Source of the DNA: an uncultured Verrucomicrobiae bacterium
Lineage (GTDB): Bacteria > Verrucomicrobiota > Verrucomicrobiia > Chthoniobacterales > UBA10450
Assembly (NCBI GenBank): GCA_963735805.1
Contig: CAVTMK010000003.1
Location: 416,001-480,000, forward strand
Direction: 5' to 3'
DNA: 64,000 bases
Of the stretch, positions 28,407 through 38,522 are shown piece by piece. Numbering within the stretch: the stretch's first letter is position 1; every line of letters starts with the position of its first letter. The position numbers and the translations under genes were made by a program. The notes beneath the pieces were generated by a model, which was not told the DNA's origin, made no database searches, and was given only the letters and a program-made list of their open reading frames with translations.

Positions 28407-28586
28407 TTACCAACCCTGGCCGGGATTAGCTACTGGAGGAAGGCCCTTCCGAAAATCCGCCTGTTGGCGCTGGGCATCACGCTCCTGGTCCGCCTCGCGT
28501 GCCTTCTGCTCGGGGCTCGGCCCTTCACTACAGCCTAAGAGTACAAAGGCTGACGCAAATAGAACAAGAAATGAGATCTGTTTCAT
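28407..28586 (-). CDS. Small lipoprotein, 59 aa (not in ORF track)
   Basis: Manual translation MKQISFLVLFASAFVLLGCSEGPSPEQKAREADQERDAQRQQADFRKGLPPVANPGQGW*; LLGC lipobox. Confidence 0.75.
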   Translation of the reverse strand: MKQISFLVLFASAFVLLGCSEGPSPEQKAREADQERDAQRQQADFRKGLPPVANPGQGW

Positions 28587-28691
28587 AGGGAGGTCTGAAT
28601 CATAGCCACACTGTTGAATGCAGCAAGATTCCAGGAGCGGTTCGGGAATTGTTACATCGGATTCGCGATTCGACGTGGCGAAAGCCTTTCG

Positions 28692-29516
28692 TTATTCGCC
28701 TCGCCTTTCCGACGTCAGCTTCAGGCAGTCGCGCTCGAGCGTCTTGAGGTGTTCGATTATTTCATTTAACGCGAGTTCGTTCCTGAGATTGACCTGGTAA
28801 TCAATCTCGGCACGAAGCCGGTCCTTGTGAGACTGCCGATTTTGCGCCATCAGGATGATTGGCGCCTGCAGCACAGCGAGCATGTTAATCGAAGTACTGA
28901 GAAGCAGGTAGGGATACGGATCAAAGCCGCTGTTGGCGAGCAGCCATGTGTTTATCACTACCCACGCGTTGAAAAAGAGCACCGCAGCAATGATGAATTT
29001 CCAGCTGCCACCAAACTCTGCGATAATGTCGGCAGCGCGATCTGCGAACGTACGCTGGGCCGCTTCTTCCACATTGACATTGCGCGTAGCGCTGCGACGC
29101 AAAAGGTCGTCGGTGTGCCGCAACCGGTTGGCCAGAGCGCTGAGCATTTCCAGCGCGATGTCGGCGCTGCTCCGCAGGAAAGAAAGAAAATGTTCCCGCG
29201 AAAGCACACCGAGCCGCGCATCCTCCGCAACTATCGCGTCGGCTGAACGTGGTTGTCCGTCGAGCAATGCCATTTCACCAAAGAAATCGCCGCGACCCAA
29301 TTCCGTTAGCGTCATCTCATGTCCGTCCGCGGTCTGCACGCAAATGCGGACTTTGCCCCGCTCGATCAAATACATTGCTTCTCCCTCGTCACCGGCACGG
29401 AACAGAAACGTTTTTTCCTTGCGGTCGATGGTCTCCATCAATTGGCATAATTTTCTCGCCGCCTCGTCATCGAGCGATTCGAACAACGGAACGTGGCGCA
29501 ATGTATCGATCGTCAT
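28692..29516 (-). CDS. cNMP-binding domain + DUF1003 membrane protein
   Basis: GDFFGEMALLDGQPRSAD; FGGSWKF, FDPYPYLLL, QAPIILMAQNRQ. Confidence 0.9.
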   Translation of the reverse strand: MTIDTLRHVPLFESLDDEAARKLCQLMETIDRKEKTFLFRAGDEGEAMYLIERGKVRICVQTADGHEMTLTELGRGDFFGEMALLDGQPRSADAIVAEDARLGVLSREHFLSFLRSSADIALEMLSALANRLRHTDDLLRRSATRNVNVEEAAQRTFADRAADIIAEFGGSWKFIIAAVLFFNAWVVINTWLLANSGFDPYPYLLLSTSINMLAVLQAPIILMAQNRQSHKDRLRAEIDYQVNLRNELALNEIIEHLKTLERDCLKLTSERRGE

Positions 29517-29715
29517 CCGTCGTTAAATAATAGCGGCAAACCAAGCCTGCGAGAAGCGTCAAATGATAAGAATGACGAAATCCCAACGACAAAACCCAAT
29601 GTGCGCTTTCGCTCGTTAGTCATTTGTCAGTCGTCATTTCTTTTGGGTGGCTTCGGATCCAAAATTTTACTATTGCTGAGTTGATTTCCAAATCGCAAAA
29701 GTTAGAAGGAGAAAC

Positions 29716-29979
29716 ATGCTTCACCTCATCTGGTATGTCTTTGTCGGGTTCCTCGTAGGTTGTGTCGCCAAGGCGCTCATGCATATGCATCTATCGATCA
29801 CATGGACAGTCGTGCTCGGTATGGTCGGCTCGATCGTCGGCGGCGCCGTGACCCACCTATTTTATCCGCCCAGCACCGGAGGCAAATTTCATCTTGGCGG
29901 ACTAATCGTATCCATCATTGGAGCGATTCTGGTTTTGTACATCTGGCACAAATTCCGTCTGCAAATCCCTCGCGGATAA
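29716..29979 (+). CDS. GlsB/YeaQ/YmgE (transglycosylase-associated) membrane protein
   Basis: Three TM helices; LGMVGSIVGG, SIIGAILVL. Confidence 0.85.
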   Translation: MLHLIWYVFVGFLVGCVAKALMHMHLSITWTVVLGMVGSIVGGAVTHLFYPPSTGGKFHLGGLIVSIIGAILVLYIWHKFRLQIPRG

Positions 29980-30135
29980 CTAATCTGTGCTGGAACTCGT
30001 TTTTATTGGGAGGGACGGGCCGCCGGGACGTCCGTACGCGTTCGGCGGTCAAAGCAACACGGAATTCCTCAACTGAATTGACTTGGACCAGTTCAACTCT
30101 AGTTTTGAAAAGCGCTCGCTCGCGCTTTCCGAATT

Positions 30136-31941
30136 GTGAAAAGCGTCCTCTTTGTCTGCACAGGTAATATCTGCCGCAGCCCAATTGCGGAAGGGCTTTT
30201 GCGTCGTCTGGTGGGCAACCGAAAGGACATCGAAGTTGTTTCGGCCGGAGTTCACGCGGTGCGCGGCCAACCACCAAGCCTTTATGCGGTTGAAGTTTGC
30301 ACGGAGGTAGGTGTCGACATCAGCAATCTGCGTAGTCAACCACTTACTCCCGCCCTGGTGGATGGAGCCACACATATTTTTGCCATGACTGGCGCTCACC
30401 TCGAGACAATTCAAACCTTGTTTCCTCGAGGCGCCGAAAAATCGTTTTTGCTTCGCGAATTTGAAGAGCCGGGCACGACGGTATGGCGCGACGTTCCCGA
30501 TCCGATTGGCCTTGGCCGCGAGGTGTACGAACAGTGCGCACGCATTATTCAGAATGCTCTCCCTAGCGTGCTCGCATTCGTCGAGCAGGGCGAACTGGTG
30601 CGGCCTGGTGCCAAGCGGGCGCGCGAGTTATCTTCTTATCCGATGGATCATCTTCCTCACCACATGGAGACTGGATTGACCGGTTCGAAACCTCAGCCCC
30701 GTTATGGTGACGCTTTGCGTAAGGTCGATCCGGAAATCTTCGATGCGGTCATGGCGGAGGAAAAACGTCAGCGCGAAAACATCGAATTGATTGCGTCGGA
30801 AAATTTCACCAGTCGGGCAGTCATGGAAGCGCAGGGCAGTGTGCTGACGAACAAATATGCCGAGGGCTATCCTCGAAAGCGCTGGTATGGCGGCTGTGAG
30901 AATGTCGATATTGCCGAACAGCTGGCGATTGATCGCGCAAAACGACTCTTTAGCTGCGAACACGTGAATGTGCAGCCGCACAGCGGCGCGCAGGCGAACA
31001 TGGCGGTCTATTTCGCCATGCTCAAACCGGGCGACAAGATTCTGGCCATGAATCTGGCGCACGGCGGACACCTCACTCATGGGCATCCGGCGAATTTTTC
31101 CGGAAAGTTCTACGCTGTCTCGCAGTACGGCGTTAGCGAGAAGACCGAGCAAATCGATTACGACGCGTTGCAAAATCAAGCCGAAGAGGTCCGCCCGGCA
31201 ATGATCACTGCCGGTGCGTCAGCTTATCCGCGTATTATTGATTTTCCGCGACTGCGTCAAATCGCGGATTCGGTTGGCGCGGTGTTGTTCATCGACATGG
31301 CACACATCGCAGGCCTTGTGGCAGGCGGCCAGCATCCCAGTCCGATTTCACATGCACAATTTGTTACCACCACCACGCACAAGAGCCTGCGCGGCCCGCG
31401 TGGCGGCATCGTCATGTGCGAAGAGAAATTCGCCAAGCAGATCGATGCCACCGTTTTCCCAGGTGTGCAGGGCGGCCCGCTCATGCATGTGATCGCGGCG
31501 AAAGCGGTTTGCTTTCATGAAGCGCTCCAACCGCAGTTCCGTGAATATCAACGGCAGATTGTCCTGAATGCCAAGGCGCTTGCCGCCGGCTTGGCCAAAC
31601 ATGGTTACCGAATCGTCTCAGGCGGCACCGATAATCATTTGATGCTTGTCGATCTTCGCCCGAAGGACATTAACGGCAAGGAAGCACAGGAAGTTCTCGA
31701 TCGGGCCGGCATCACCGTAAACAAAAATGGCATCCCATTCGATACCTATCCAATTTTCAAGCCGGGTGGCATCCGCATCGGCACGCCAGCCGTCACAACG
31801 CGGGGCATGAAAGAAGAGGAAATGTTGGAGATCGCGGACCTGCTCGCTGAAGCGCTGGAGAATCGCACTGATGCTGAAGCGCTGGAGAAAATACATCGAA
31901 GAGTTCTCGACTTAACGAGAAGATTTCCGTTGCCAATTTGA
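30136..31941 (+). CDS. glyA: LMW protein phosphatase fused to serine hydroxymethyltransferase
   Basis: N-terminal VCTGNICRS and VPDPIG; then [37 protein letters not shown]; one continuous ORF. Confidence 0.93.
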   Translation: MKSVLFVCTGNICRSPIAEGLLRRLVGNRKDIEVVSAGVHAVRGQPPSLYAVEVCTEVGVDISNLRSQPLTPALVDGATHIFAMTGAHLETIQTLFPRGAEKSFLLREFEEPGTTVWRDVPDPIGLGREVYEQCARIIQNALPSVLAFVEQGELVRPGAKRARELSSYPMDHLPHHMETGLTGSKPQPRYGDALRKVDPEIFDAVMAEEKRQRENIELIASENFTSRAVMEAQGSVLTNKYAEGYPRKRWYGGCENVDIAEQLAIDRAKRLFSCEHVNVQPHSGAQANMAVYFAMLKPGDKILAMNLAHGGHLTHGHPANFSGKFYAVSQYGVSEKTEQIDYDALQNQAEEVRPAMITAGASAYPRIIDFPRLRQIADSVGAVLFIDMAHIAGLVAGGQHPSPISHAQFVTTTTHKSLRGPRGGIVMCEEKFAKQIDATVFPGVQGGPLMHVIAAKAVCFHEALQPQFREYQRQIVLNAKALAAGLAKHGYRIVSGGTDNHLMLVDLRPKDINGKEAQEVLDRAGITVNKNGIPFDTYPIFKPGGIRIGTPAVTTRGMKEEEMLEIADLLAEALENRTDAEALEKIHRRVLDLTRRFPLPI

Positions 31942-31943
31942 TC

Positions 31944-32026
31944 CGTGGCCACTTCGCTGTGCGAAGCGGTCGGCGCAATTACATCTATCCGCCGAACTTT
32001 GTGCTGCCCACAGGGCGATCGGTACA
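31944..32026. repeat. Degenerate REP-like palindromic doublet
   Basis: cgtggccacttcgctgtgcgaag...gcccacagggcgatcggtaca just after the glyA stop. Confidence 0.55.
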
Positions 32027-32076
32027 GAAAATTCGTATTACCTAAGCGACGGAAATCTGCGTAGCTTGCGTTATCC

Positions 32077-33618
32077 ATGAACCGAGCTTCCGATCAACCC
32101 GAACCTAACCCGCTGCGTGAAGGTCTGTCGGCGCGTGCCGTGCCGCAGCCATGCACGATTGTGATCTTCGGTGCCACAGGAGATCTCACTCATCGCAAAC
32201 TCGTCCCCGCGTTATACAATCTCGCGGCCGATGGCGACCTGCCGCCAGCCGTTGTGATCGTCGGGTTCGCCCGCCGGCCAAAAACCGACGAACAATTCCG
32301 AGACGATCTCGAAGAAGCCACGCGCAACTTTTCACGGCAAACCGTGCGCGATGAAATCTGGAAGAACTTTGCGCAATCGATCTTTTATCACCAGAGCGAA
32401 TTTGGAGACGAATCCGGTTACAAAGCCTTGGCCAAGCGGCTCGATGAAATCGATAAAAACCATGGCACCCGCGGCAACCGGCTTTTTTATTTTGCAGCTT
32501 CTCCAGATCAGTTTGAACCGATTCTCAAAAATTTGAAAGCCGCCGGCTTAAACCAGACCTGCGAGGGCAGCTGGGCACGCGTCATTGTCGAAAAACCTTT
32601 CGGAACAGATCTTGACTCAGCACGCGAGCTTAATCGCGTTATTCGCAATTCCTTTAGTGAAGAACAGACCTACCGAATCGATCACTTCCTCGGCAAGGAA
32701 ACCGCGCAGAACATCCTCGTTCTGCGCTTCGCAAACGCGATCTTCTCGCCGCTTTGGAACACGCACTACATCGATCACGTCCAGATTACTGCCGCGGAAA
32801 CGCTCGGAGTAGAGAATCGTGCCGGCTATTACGAACACGCAGGTGCGTTGCGCGACATGGTTCAGAATCATCTAATCCAACTTCTTTGCCTTGTTGCCAT
32901 GGAGCCGCCTACGGACCTCAGCGCGGACAGTATTCGTGATGAAAAGGTCAAGGTAGTGCGATCCCTGCGTCATTGGTCAGGCAACGAAATTGCCGCGAAC
33001 GTCGTGCGCGCTCAATATTCTAAAGGCGCTATTAACGGTGAGCCGGTAGTGGGTTATCGCCAGGAAAAAAACGTGAACCCCGATTCACAAACCGAAACGT
33101 TCGTAGCTCTTCGACTATACATCGACAACTGGCGCTGGGCGGACGTACCCATCTATATGCGGGTCGGAAAACGGCTGCCAAAATCGGCCACGGACATTTC
33201 CGTTCATTTTAAAAAAGCGCCGGCCGTCTTGTTTAACAAGGATTTGCATGACCTGAATGTGCTCGTGATTCGCATTCAACCGGACGAAGGAATCTCCCTG
33301 CGCATCCATGCCAAGGTGCCGGGCACTAGTTTTCGCATCGAGCCGGTGAAGATGGATTTTCATTACGGAACCTCTTTCGGGAAAGCGAGCCCTGAAGCGT
33401 ACGAACGTTTACTGCTCGATGCGATGAGCGGCGACGCGACGCTATTTGCGCGTCGAGACGAGGTCGAAGAAGCATGGGGTTTCATCGATCCAATCGAGGA
33501 CGCGTGGCACGCAAAGAAGGATGCGCCCGAGTTGTTCTTTTATCCCGCTGGATCCTGGGGCCCGGAAGCAGCGGATGATTTGCTTGCCCGTGATGGTCGA
33601 GCTTGGAGAAGACTCTAA
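32077..33618 (+). CDS. zwf: Glucose-6-phosphate 1-dehydrogenase
   Basis: GATGDL, EKPFG, RIDHFLGKE, RDMVQNH, YERLLLD. Confidence 0.97.
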   Translation: MNRASDQPEPNPLREGLSARAVPQPCTIVIFGATGDLTHRKLVPALYNLAADGDLPPAVVIVGFARRPKTDEQFRDDLEEATRNFSRQTVRDEIWKNFAQSIFYHQSEFGDESGYKALAKRLDEIDKNHGTRGNRLFYFAASPDQFEPILKNLKAAGLNQTCEGSWARVIVEKPFGTDLDSARELNRVIRNSFSEEQTYRIDHFLGKETAQNILVLRFANAIFSPLWNTHYIDHVQITAAETLGVENRAGYYEHAGALRDMVQNHLIQLLCLVAMEPPTDLSADSIRDEKVKVVRSLRHWSGNEIAANVVRAQYSKGAINGEPVVGYRQEKNVNPDSQTETFVALRLYIDNWRWADVPIYMRVGKRLPKSATDISVHFKKAPAVLFNKDLHDLNVLVIRIQPDEGISLRIHAKVPGTSFRIEPVKMDFHYGTSFGKASPEAYERLLLDAMSGDATLFARRDEVEEAWGFIDPIEDAWHAKKDAPELFFYPAGSWGPEAADDLLARDGRAWRRL

Positions 33619-33621
33619 CCT

Positions 33622-34680
33622 ATGCCTGCTATTACTGAAGAATACTCGTTAGGCCTTCCAGTCGAAGTCAGCAAAATCGACCAGGAACTCAAAAAGCTTT
33701 GGCAGGAAGGCGAAGGCGCAATGACTCGTGCGTCACTGGTCAATCTGGCCGTTTACAGTGAAGAGACCGGTTCACTGAACAAGAACACGCAGTTGATGGC
33801 AAACATTACTGAGAACCACGCCTGTCGCGCTATCGTCATCGAAGCGGATTGCAATGCAAAAGAAAACCGTGTGGAAGCCTGGATCAGTGCGCATTGTCAC
33901 GTCGCCGGAGCCGGAAGCAAGCAGGTTTGCTCGGAACAAATTTCATTCCTGCTCAAAGGCGGTTGTACGACGTTATTGCCAAGCATAGTTTTCTCCCATT
34001 TGGATTCCGATCTGCCGTTCTACCTGTGGTGGCAGGAAGAATTGCGTGAGCCGATGGATTCTCAACTTTGGGCGTGGGTGGATCGAGTTATCTATGATAG
34101 TCAGGGCTGGGAAGATTTTCGCGCGCAAATGCGTCTGTTAGAATCCGCGGAACAGGAAGCCAATCAGCGCATTGTCTTTTGCGATTTGAATTGGACACGC
34201 CTGGATAATGTCCGCTTTGCGTTGGCGCAATTCTTCGATCATCCCGCCTCGCATCATCATTTTGCCAAGATCAACAAGGCGCGAATTGATTTCGCATCCG
34301 GCTTCCGATCAACAGCTGTCCTTTTTGCCGGTTGGCTTGCGTCGCAATTAAGCTGGCAGAGTGAAAAGACAGAAGCCGCAAACAAGCTTCGATTCGATAG
34401 GCCCTCCGGTGGAAGGATCGACGTGGAACTGCGCGAACGAAACGGAGAACCGATTGGTGAAGTCTCCGTGGAAACACCTGAGGTCGAATTCCTGGTGACT
34501 CACGCCAAATGCGGCGATCTCCTGGAAGTCTCACGCGGGAAACCGGGCGAAGAGCGCATGCCACAATTAATGCCCGCAGGAAAAAACGATCTGGTGAGTC
34601 TGATGAACGAAGAACTGATGCGCGGCGGACCGCATCACGTCTACCTGCACGCAGTCAATCGAGTTCGCGATTTACTGTAG
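33622..34680 (+). CDS. opcA: OpcA-like G6PD assembly/activation protein
   Basis: Directly after zwf; LKKLW, HACR, CSEQI, DLPFYLWW, DLNWTRL. Confidence 0.88.
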   Translation: MPAITEEYSLGLPVEVSKIDQELKKLWQEGEGAMTRASLVNLAVYSEETGSLNKNTQLMANITENHACRAIVIEADCNAKENRVEAWISAHCHVAGAGSKQVCSEQISFLLKGGCTTLLPSIVFSHLDSDLPFYLWWQEELREPMDSQLWAWVDRVIYDSQGWEDFRAQMRLLESAEQEANQRIVFCDLNWTRLDNVRFALAQFFDHPASHHHFAKINKARIDFASGFRSTAVLFAGWLASQLSWQSEKTEAANKLRFDRPSGGRIDVELRERNGEPIGEVSVETPEVEFLVTHAKCGDLLEVSRGKPGEERMPQLMPAGKNDLVSLMNEELMRGGPHHVYLHAVNRVRDLL

Positions 34681-34743
34681 CCACCATCCTGTGGGCGCTT
34701 TTCGCTGGCATCAAGTCCGACAGGCCATAGGCCCGTTGCTACA
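34676..34743. repeat. REP-like palindrome overlapping the opcA stop codon
   Basis: tgtagccaccatcctgtggg...caggccataggcccgttgctaca. Confidence 0.6.
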
Positions 34744-34754
34744 AGGCTCGGCGC

Positions 34755-35942
34755 TCATGGAGTGTCGCTACAGATCAGCGCGCACAAGTCGCAGACGTTC
34801 TTCTCAATCGAAAAGAGATTTTGCGCGCGCTCATAACCAGCCTGGCCCAGTTTTTGCCCTAACGACCGGTCGTTAGTTACCTTTTCAATCGCTCCAGCGA
34901 GCATCGCTGCATCGTCCGGTTGCACCAGAAAGCCAGTTTCATTCTCAACAACCATCTCTGGAATGCCGCCAACCTTGGTTGAAACAACTGGCAATCTCGT
35001 CGCCATCGCTTCCATGATAACGGTAGGCAAATTGTCCATACCACCCTCAGCCTCGGATACACTGGGTAGCACAAAAACGTTCGCATTAGCAAGGAGCGCT
35101 CTTATCTCATGTTGCGGCTTGGGACCAGGTAAGTGAACACGTTCCTGCAAATCAAGCTCGACGATCTGCTCGCGCAGGGTCTTTTCCAGCGGACCTTCGC
35201 CGAATATCTCGCACCGAAACGGTCTTTCACGTTCAGCGAGCAGTGCGCAGGCGCGGATCAAATTGGCAAAGCCTTTTTTTGCGATCAACCGACCAATCGC
35301 CACAATTATGGGCGGATCACCAGAGAAATTCGCGTGGCCGAATTCGCCAAGATTCAGTCCATTGTAGATGCGATGGATTCGATCGGCCTGTCCGGGGAAC
35401 CGTTCTCGCAGAAACTTCTCCGAATAATCGGTTTCCGTAACAATTACCCGCGCTGCGCTGATAAGTTTGTCCAGGCCAATCTCGAAATTCCGTGGCGCAA
35501 AAATGTCGTTAGCATGAGCAGTGAAGCTAAAGGTGATTGGAAAAAATTTCGCAATCCAGAAAGCGGTGCGCGCCGCCATGCCAGCGAAATGCGCGTGGAC
35601 ATGGCTGATCCCCGCCTTTTGCAGGCGCAACCCGACATAAACAGCCTGGTAAAGGCGAAGAAAATCAGTTCGCCGGCCCCACTCATCAAGAGCGGAGATA
35701 ATTTCTGGTTTTCCTTTTTCCAAAGCCCGACGGACGTCATCCAGCAGCTCTTTCTCTTCAGGCAGATAATGCACACGCTTTACGATGAGCGAGTCCCAAT
35801 CCTGTGCTGGTTCGTCTTTCGGATTCCGGATTGAGAAAATTGGCGCCGCAACGCCTTGTCGATAAAACTCTGCGACCTCGCGATAGCAAAATGTTTGTCC
35901 GAACGAGGGAAACCGCTCAAACAGATAAGCGAATGGAGCCAT
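34755..35942 (-). CDS. Glycosyltransferase family 4 (WcaL-like)
   Basis: HVHAHFA, TAHANDI, GRLIAKKG, DNLPTVIMEAMA, GGIPEMV. Confidence 0.92.
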   Translation of the reverse strand: MAPFAYLFERFPSFGQTFCYREVAEFYRQGVAAPIFSIRNPKDEPAQDWDSLIVKRVHYLPEEKELLDDVRRALEKGKPEIISALDEWGRRTDFLRLYQAVYVGLRLQKAGISHVHAHFAGMAARTAFWIAKFFPITFSFTAHANDIFAPRNFEIGLDKLISAARVIVTETDYSEKFLRERFPGQADRIHRIYNGLNLGEFGHANFSGDPPIIVAIGRLIAKKGFANLIRACALLAERERPFRCEIFGEGPLEKTLREQIVELDLQERVHLPGPKPQHEIRALLANANVFVLPSVSEAEGGMDNLPTVIMEAMATRLPVVSTKVGGIPEMVVENETGFLVQPDDAAMLAGAIEKVTNDRSLGQKLGQAGYERAQNLFSIEKNVCDLCALICSDTP

Positions 35943-35973
35943 TATCGGAATGATTTGGAAAAGGCGATAGTGA

Positions 35974-36360
35974 CTACTTACTGCCGCGTTTTACCGGAAT
36001 CGGTTTCCCGGACTCATCGACAGCAACAAGAGTAAAGACACCGTGGGTGACGCGATGATCCTCGCCGGTCATGTAACGCGTTACCCATACCTCTACAGGG
36101 ATCGTCATCGAGGTTCGCCCAATTCTGTCTACTCTCGCATAACACCTAACCGTGTCCCCCACCCTTACTGGCTGGAGGAACGACATCCCTTCCATTGCTA
36201 CCGTAACGACGCGCGCTTGCGCGGTTTTTGCCGCAAGAATTCCGCTGCCGAGGTCCATTTGCGAGGTTAACCATCCGCCGAAAATGTCTCCATTCGGATT
36301 AGTGTCCTTCGGCATGGCAATCGTCTGAATAACAAGCTCACCTCTGGGTTGCTCGGACAT
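35974..36360 (-). CDS. yciA: Acyl-CoA thioesterase (YciA-like hotdog fold)
   Basis: AMPKDTNPNGDIFGGWLTSQMD, FLQPVRVGD, GRTSM. Confidence 0.88.
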   Translation of the reverse strand: MSEQPRGELVIQTIAMPKDTNPNGDIFGGWLTSQMDLGSGILAAKTAQARVVTVAMEGMSFLQPVRVGDTVRCYARVDRIGRTSMTIPVEVWVTRYMTGEDHRVTHGVFTLVAVDESGKPIPVKRGSK

Positions 36361-36367
36361 TTGGCGG

Positions 36368-36376
36368 ATAATAGCA
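36368..36376 (-). promoter_or_regulatory. Extended -10 promoter element, probable leaderless transcript
   Basis: TGcTATTAT 7 nt before the thioesterase ATG; no Shine-Dalgarno. Confidence 0.5.
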
Positions 36377-36396
36377 CAATCTGCCTTGTCGCAAGG

Positions 36397-37377
36397 TTAC
36401 AGGATCAGCATGCAATCGCCATAGCTGTAAAAACGGTAACCTTCGCGAATTGCCTCTTGATAGGCCTTTAGGAGAAATTCGCGACCGGCAAACGCGCTTA
36501 CCAGCATGAGCAAAGTCGATCGCGGCAAATGAAAATTCGTCAACAGAACATCGACTCCTCGAAATCGATGTGGCGGATAAATGAAAATATCCGTGGAACT
36601 TTCCTGGGCGATCAGCTTTCCATCTTCTCGCCTCGCCGATTCTAAAACGCGCACCACGGTCGTACCCACGGCAACAATTCGCTTGGCGCTGTTGATCCTT
36701 ACGGCCGCGGCGGCTGAGATGGAAAAGCTTTCGGCATGCATCTGATGCTCAGCGACGTTCTCGGAGCGTACCGGCAAAAATGTGCCGGTTCCAACATGCA
36801 ACGTCACGAACGTGTGCGTGATCTCGCCTAAAATCTCTGGGGTGAAATGAAGACCGGCAGTCGGAGCTGCGAGGGCACCGGGCGTTTGCGCAAAGATGGT
36901 TTGGTAGCGCGTTGTATCCTCCGCGTCGCTGTCGCGTTTTATATAGGGAGGCAAAGGCATCGATCCGCCGGAATGGAGATCAAGATCTTCGCTTAACACC
37001 ACGATGCGCTCACCCTCGGGTGTGGTCGTCTCTACGTGTAACATCGCATTATCAACAATCGTGGTAGCGCCGACGCGCATTTTGCGTCCCGGATTCACCA
37101 GACACTTCCAACGCCTGGGGCCAAGGCGTTCCAGAAACAAAAACTCAACAGCGCCGTCGTCAGAAAACCGCCGCGCGGGCAGCACTTGTGTATCGTTCAA
37201 AACAAGAAGGTCTCCGGACCGCAAAAATGTTTTCAGTTCGCGGAATTGCCGGTGCTCGATCGTTTGTCCGTCCCGATGCAGCACCATCATTCGAGAATCG
37301 CCCCGGCATTCTGGCGGCCGCTGGGCGATCAACTCCCGTGGCAAATCGTAAGCGTAATCGCTCAGCCGCGCGCTCAT
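36397..37377 (-). CDS. queA: S-adenosylmethionine:tRNA ribosyltransferase-isomerase
   Basis: YDLPRELIAQ, PLPPYI, AAPTAGLHF, VGTTVVR, TNFHLPRST, FYSYGD. Confidence 0.96.
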   Translation of the reverse strand: MSARLSDYAYDLPRELIAQRPPECRGDSRMMVLHRDGQTIEHRQFRELKTFLRSGDLLVLNDTQVLPARRFSDDGAVEFLFLERLGPRRWKCLVNPGRKMRVGATTIVDNAMLHVETTTPEGERIVVLSEDLDLHSGGSMPLPPYIKRDSDAEDTTRYQTIFAQTPGALAAPTAGLHFTPEILGEITHTFVTLHVGTGTFLPVRSENVAEHQMHAESFSISAAAAVRINSAKRIVAVGTTVVRVLESARREDGKLIAQESSTDIFIYPPHRFRGVDVLLTNFHLPRSTLLMLVSAFAGREFLLKAYQEAIREGYRFYSYGDCMLIL

Positions 37378-37529
37378 GTGATGACCTGAAGTTACCGTAG
37401 CGCTCAATCCTTTGCACAAGAGAGTGCGCGCGACGTCTTTCGTTCGGTTTCAGACGAACCTTGTCGCGATCACAGCCGTCTCCATAGTTTCGCTTTTTTT
37501 CGCTCGTAAGGGGGCGCATATTCCCTCCG

Positions 37530-38522
37530 ATGGACTTAACGAACCGCGACGCGGTTGACGAACTGCTTCAGACGTACGGAGAAACAGGCGGCATCAATTA
37601 TCTTGACGCCGCCGCCATGCTTCCGTCTCGCCTGGCAATCGAAGCGGCGTGTGCCGAATTGCTGAGCCTGATGTTTCCCGGCTTTCGCAGCGAAGCGCTG
37701 GTAAGTTCGGAAGATCTGGCTGACAGAACCCGCGTTCGCATAAGAAACTTGCACGCGCGATTGAAGACGGAAATTTGTCGGAGCCTCGGCAAAATCCCGG
37801 CTGATAACGCTACTGAAACCAAAGCAGAAGAGGTCTTGAGCACGTTCTTGAAGCAGTTGCCCTCGGTGCGGAGGATGCTTTGGACCGATATTGACGCCGC
37901 ATACGAAGGGGATCCTGCGGCGAGGAGTTACGAGGAAATCATTCTCGCTTATCCCGCACTGGAGGCGATTGCCATTTATCGAATGGCGCACTTGCTGTAC
38001 GATAGAGTTCCTCTCATTCCGCGGATCATGACCGAATGGGCGCATAGCCGCACTGGGATCGATATTCATCCTGGAGCAGAAATCGGATCACACTTTTTCA
38101 TCGATCACGGCACAGGCGTTGTCGTTGGCGAGACCACCAAGATCGGATCGCACGTGAAACTTTATCAAGGCGTGTCGTTCATCGCGCGCTCACTCGGGGC
38201 AGGGCGAGCATTGTACGGAAAAAAACGCCACCCGACGATCGAAGACGGCGTTTGTATTTATGCCGGAACCACTATCATGGGTGGCGACACGGTCATTGGC
38301 GCCAATTCCACCATCGGCGCCAATGTTTTTCTGACAAAGAGCGTTCCGCCGAACTCGCTGGTCTATTACGAGGAGAAGGAAGTTGCCATTGTGCAAAAGC
38401 GAAAGAAGACGGTTACGACGGCACCCGATGAGGCGCGAATGAATATGCGCGCACCTCACAAAGACGCCGCTCCGGCACCAACGAACAAGGGTAAGAACAA
38501 GAATAAGATTAAAAGTCGATGA
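37530..38522 (+). CDS. cysE: Serine O-acetyltransferase
   Basis: GDPAA, TGIDIHPGA, FIDHGTGVVVGET, KRHPTI. Confidence 0.92.
   Translation: MDLTNRDAVDELLQTYGETGGINYLDAAAMLPSRLAIEAACAELLSLMFPGFRSEALVSSEDLADRTRVRIRNLHARLKTEICRSLGKIPADNATETKAEEVLSTFLKQLPSVRRMLWTDIDAAYEGDPAARSYEEIILAYPALEAIAIYRMAHLLYDRVPLIPRIMTEWAHSRTGIDIHPGAEIGSHFFIDHGTGVVVGETTKIGSHVKLYQGVSFIARSLGAGRALYGKKRHPTIEDGVCIYAGTTIMGGDTVIGANSTIGANVFLTKSVPPNSLVYYEEKEVAIVQKRKKTVTTAPDEARMNMRAPHKDAAPAPTNKGKNKNKIKSR

Noticed and set aside
30008..30035. gggagggacg...cgtcc half-palindrome as another REP family
   Set aside because: Single degenerate copy in the window; cannot be supported
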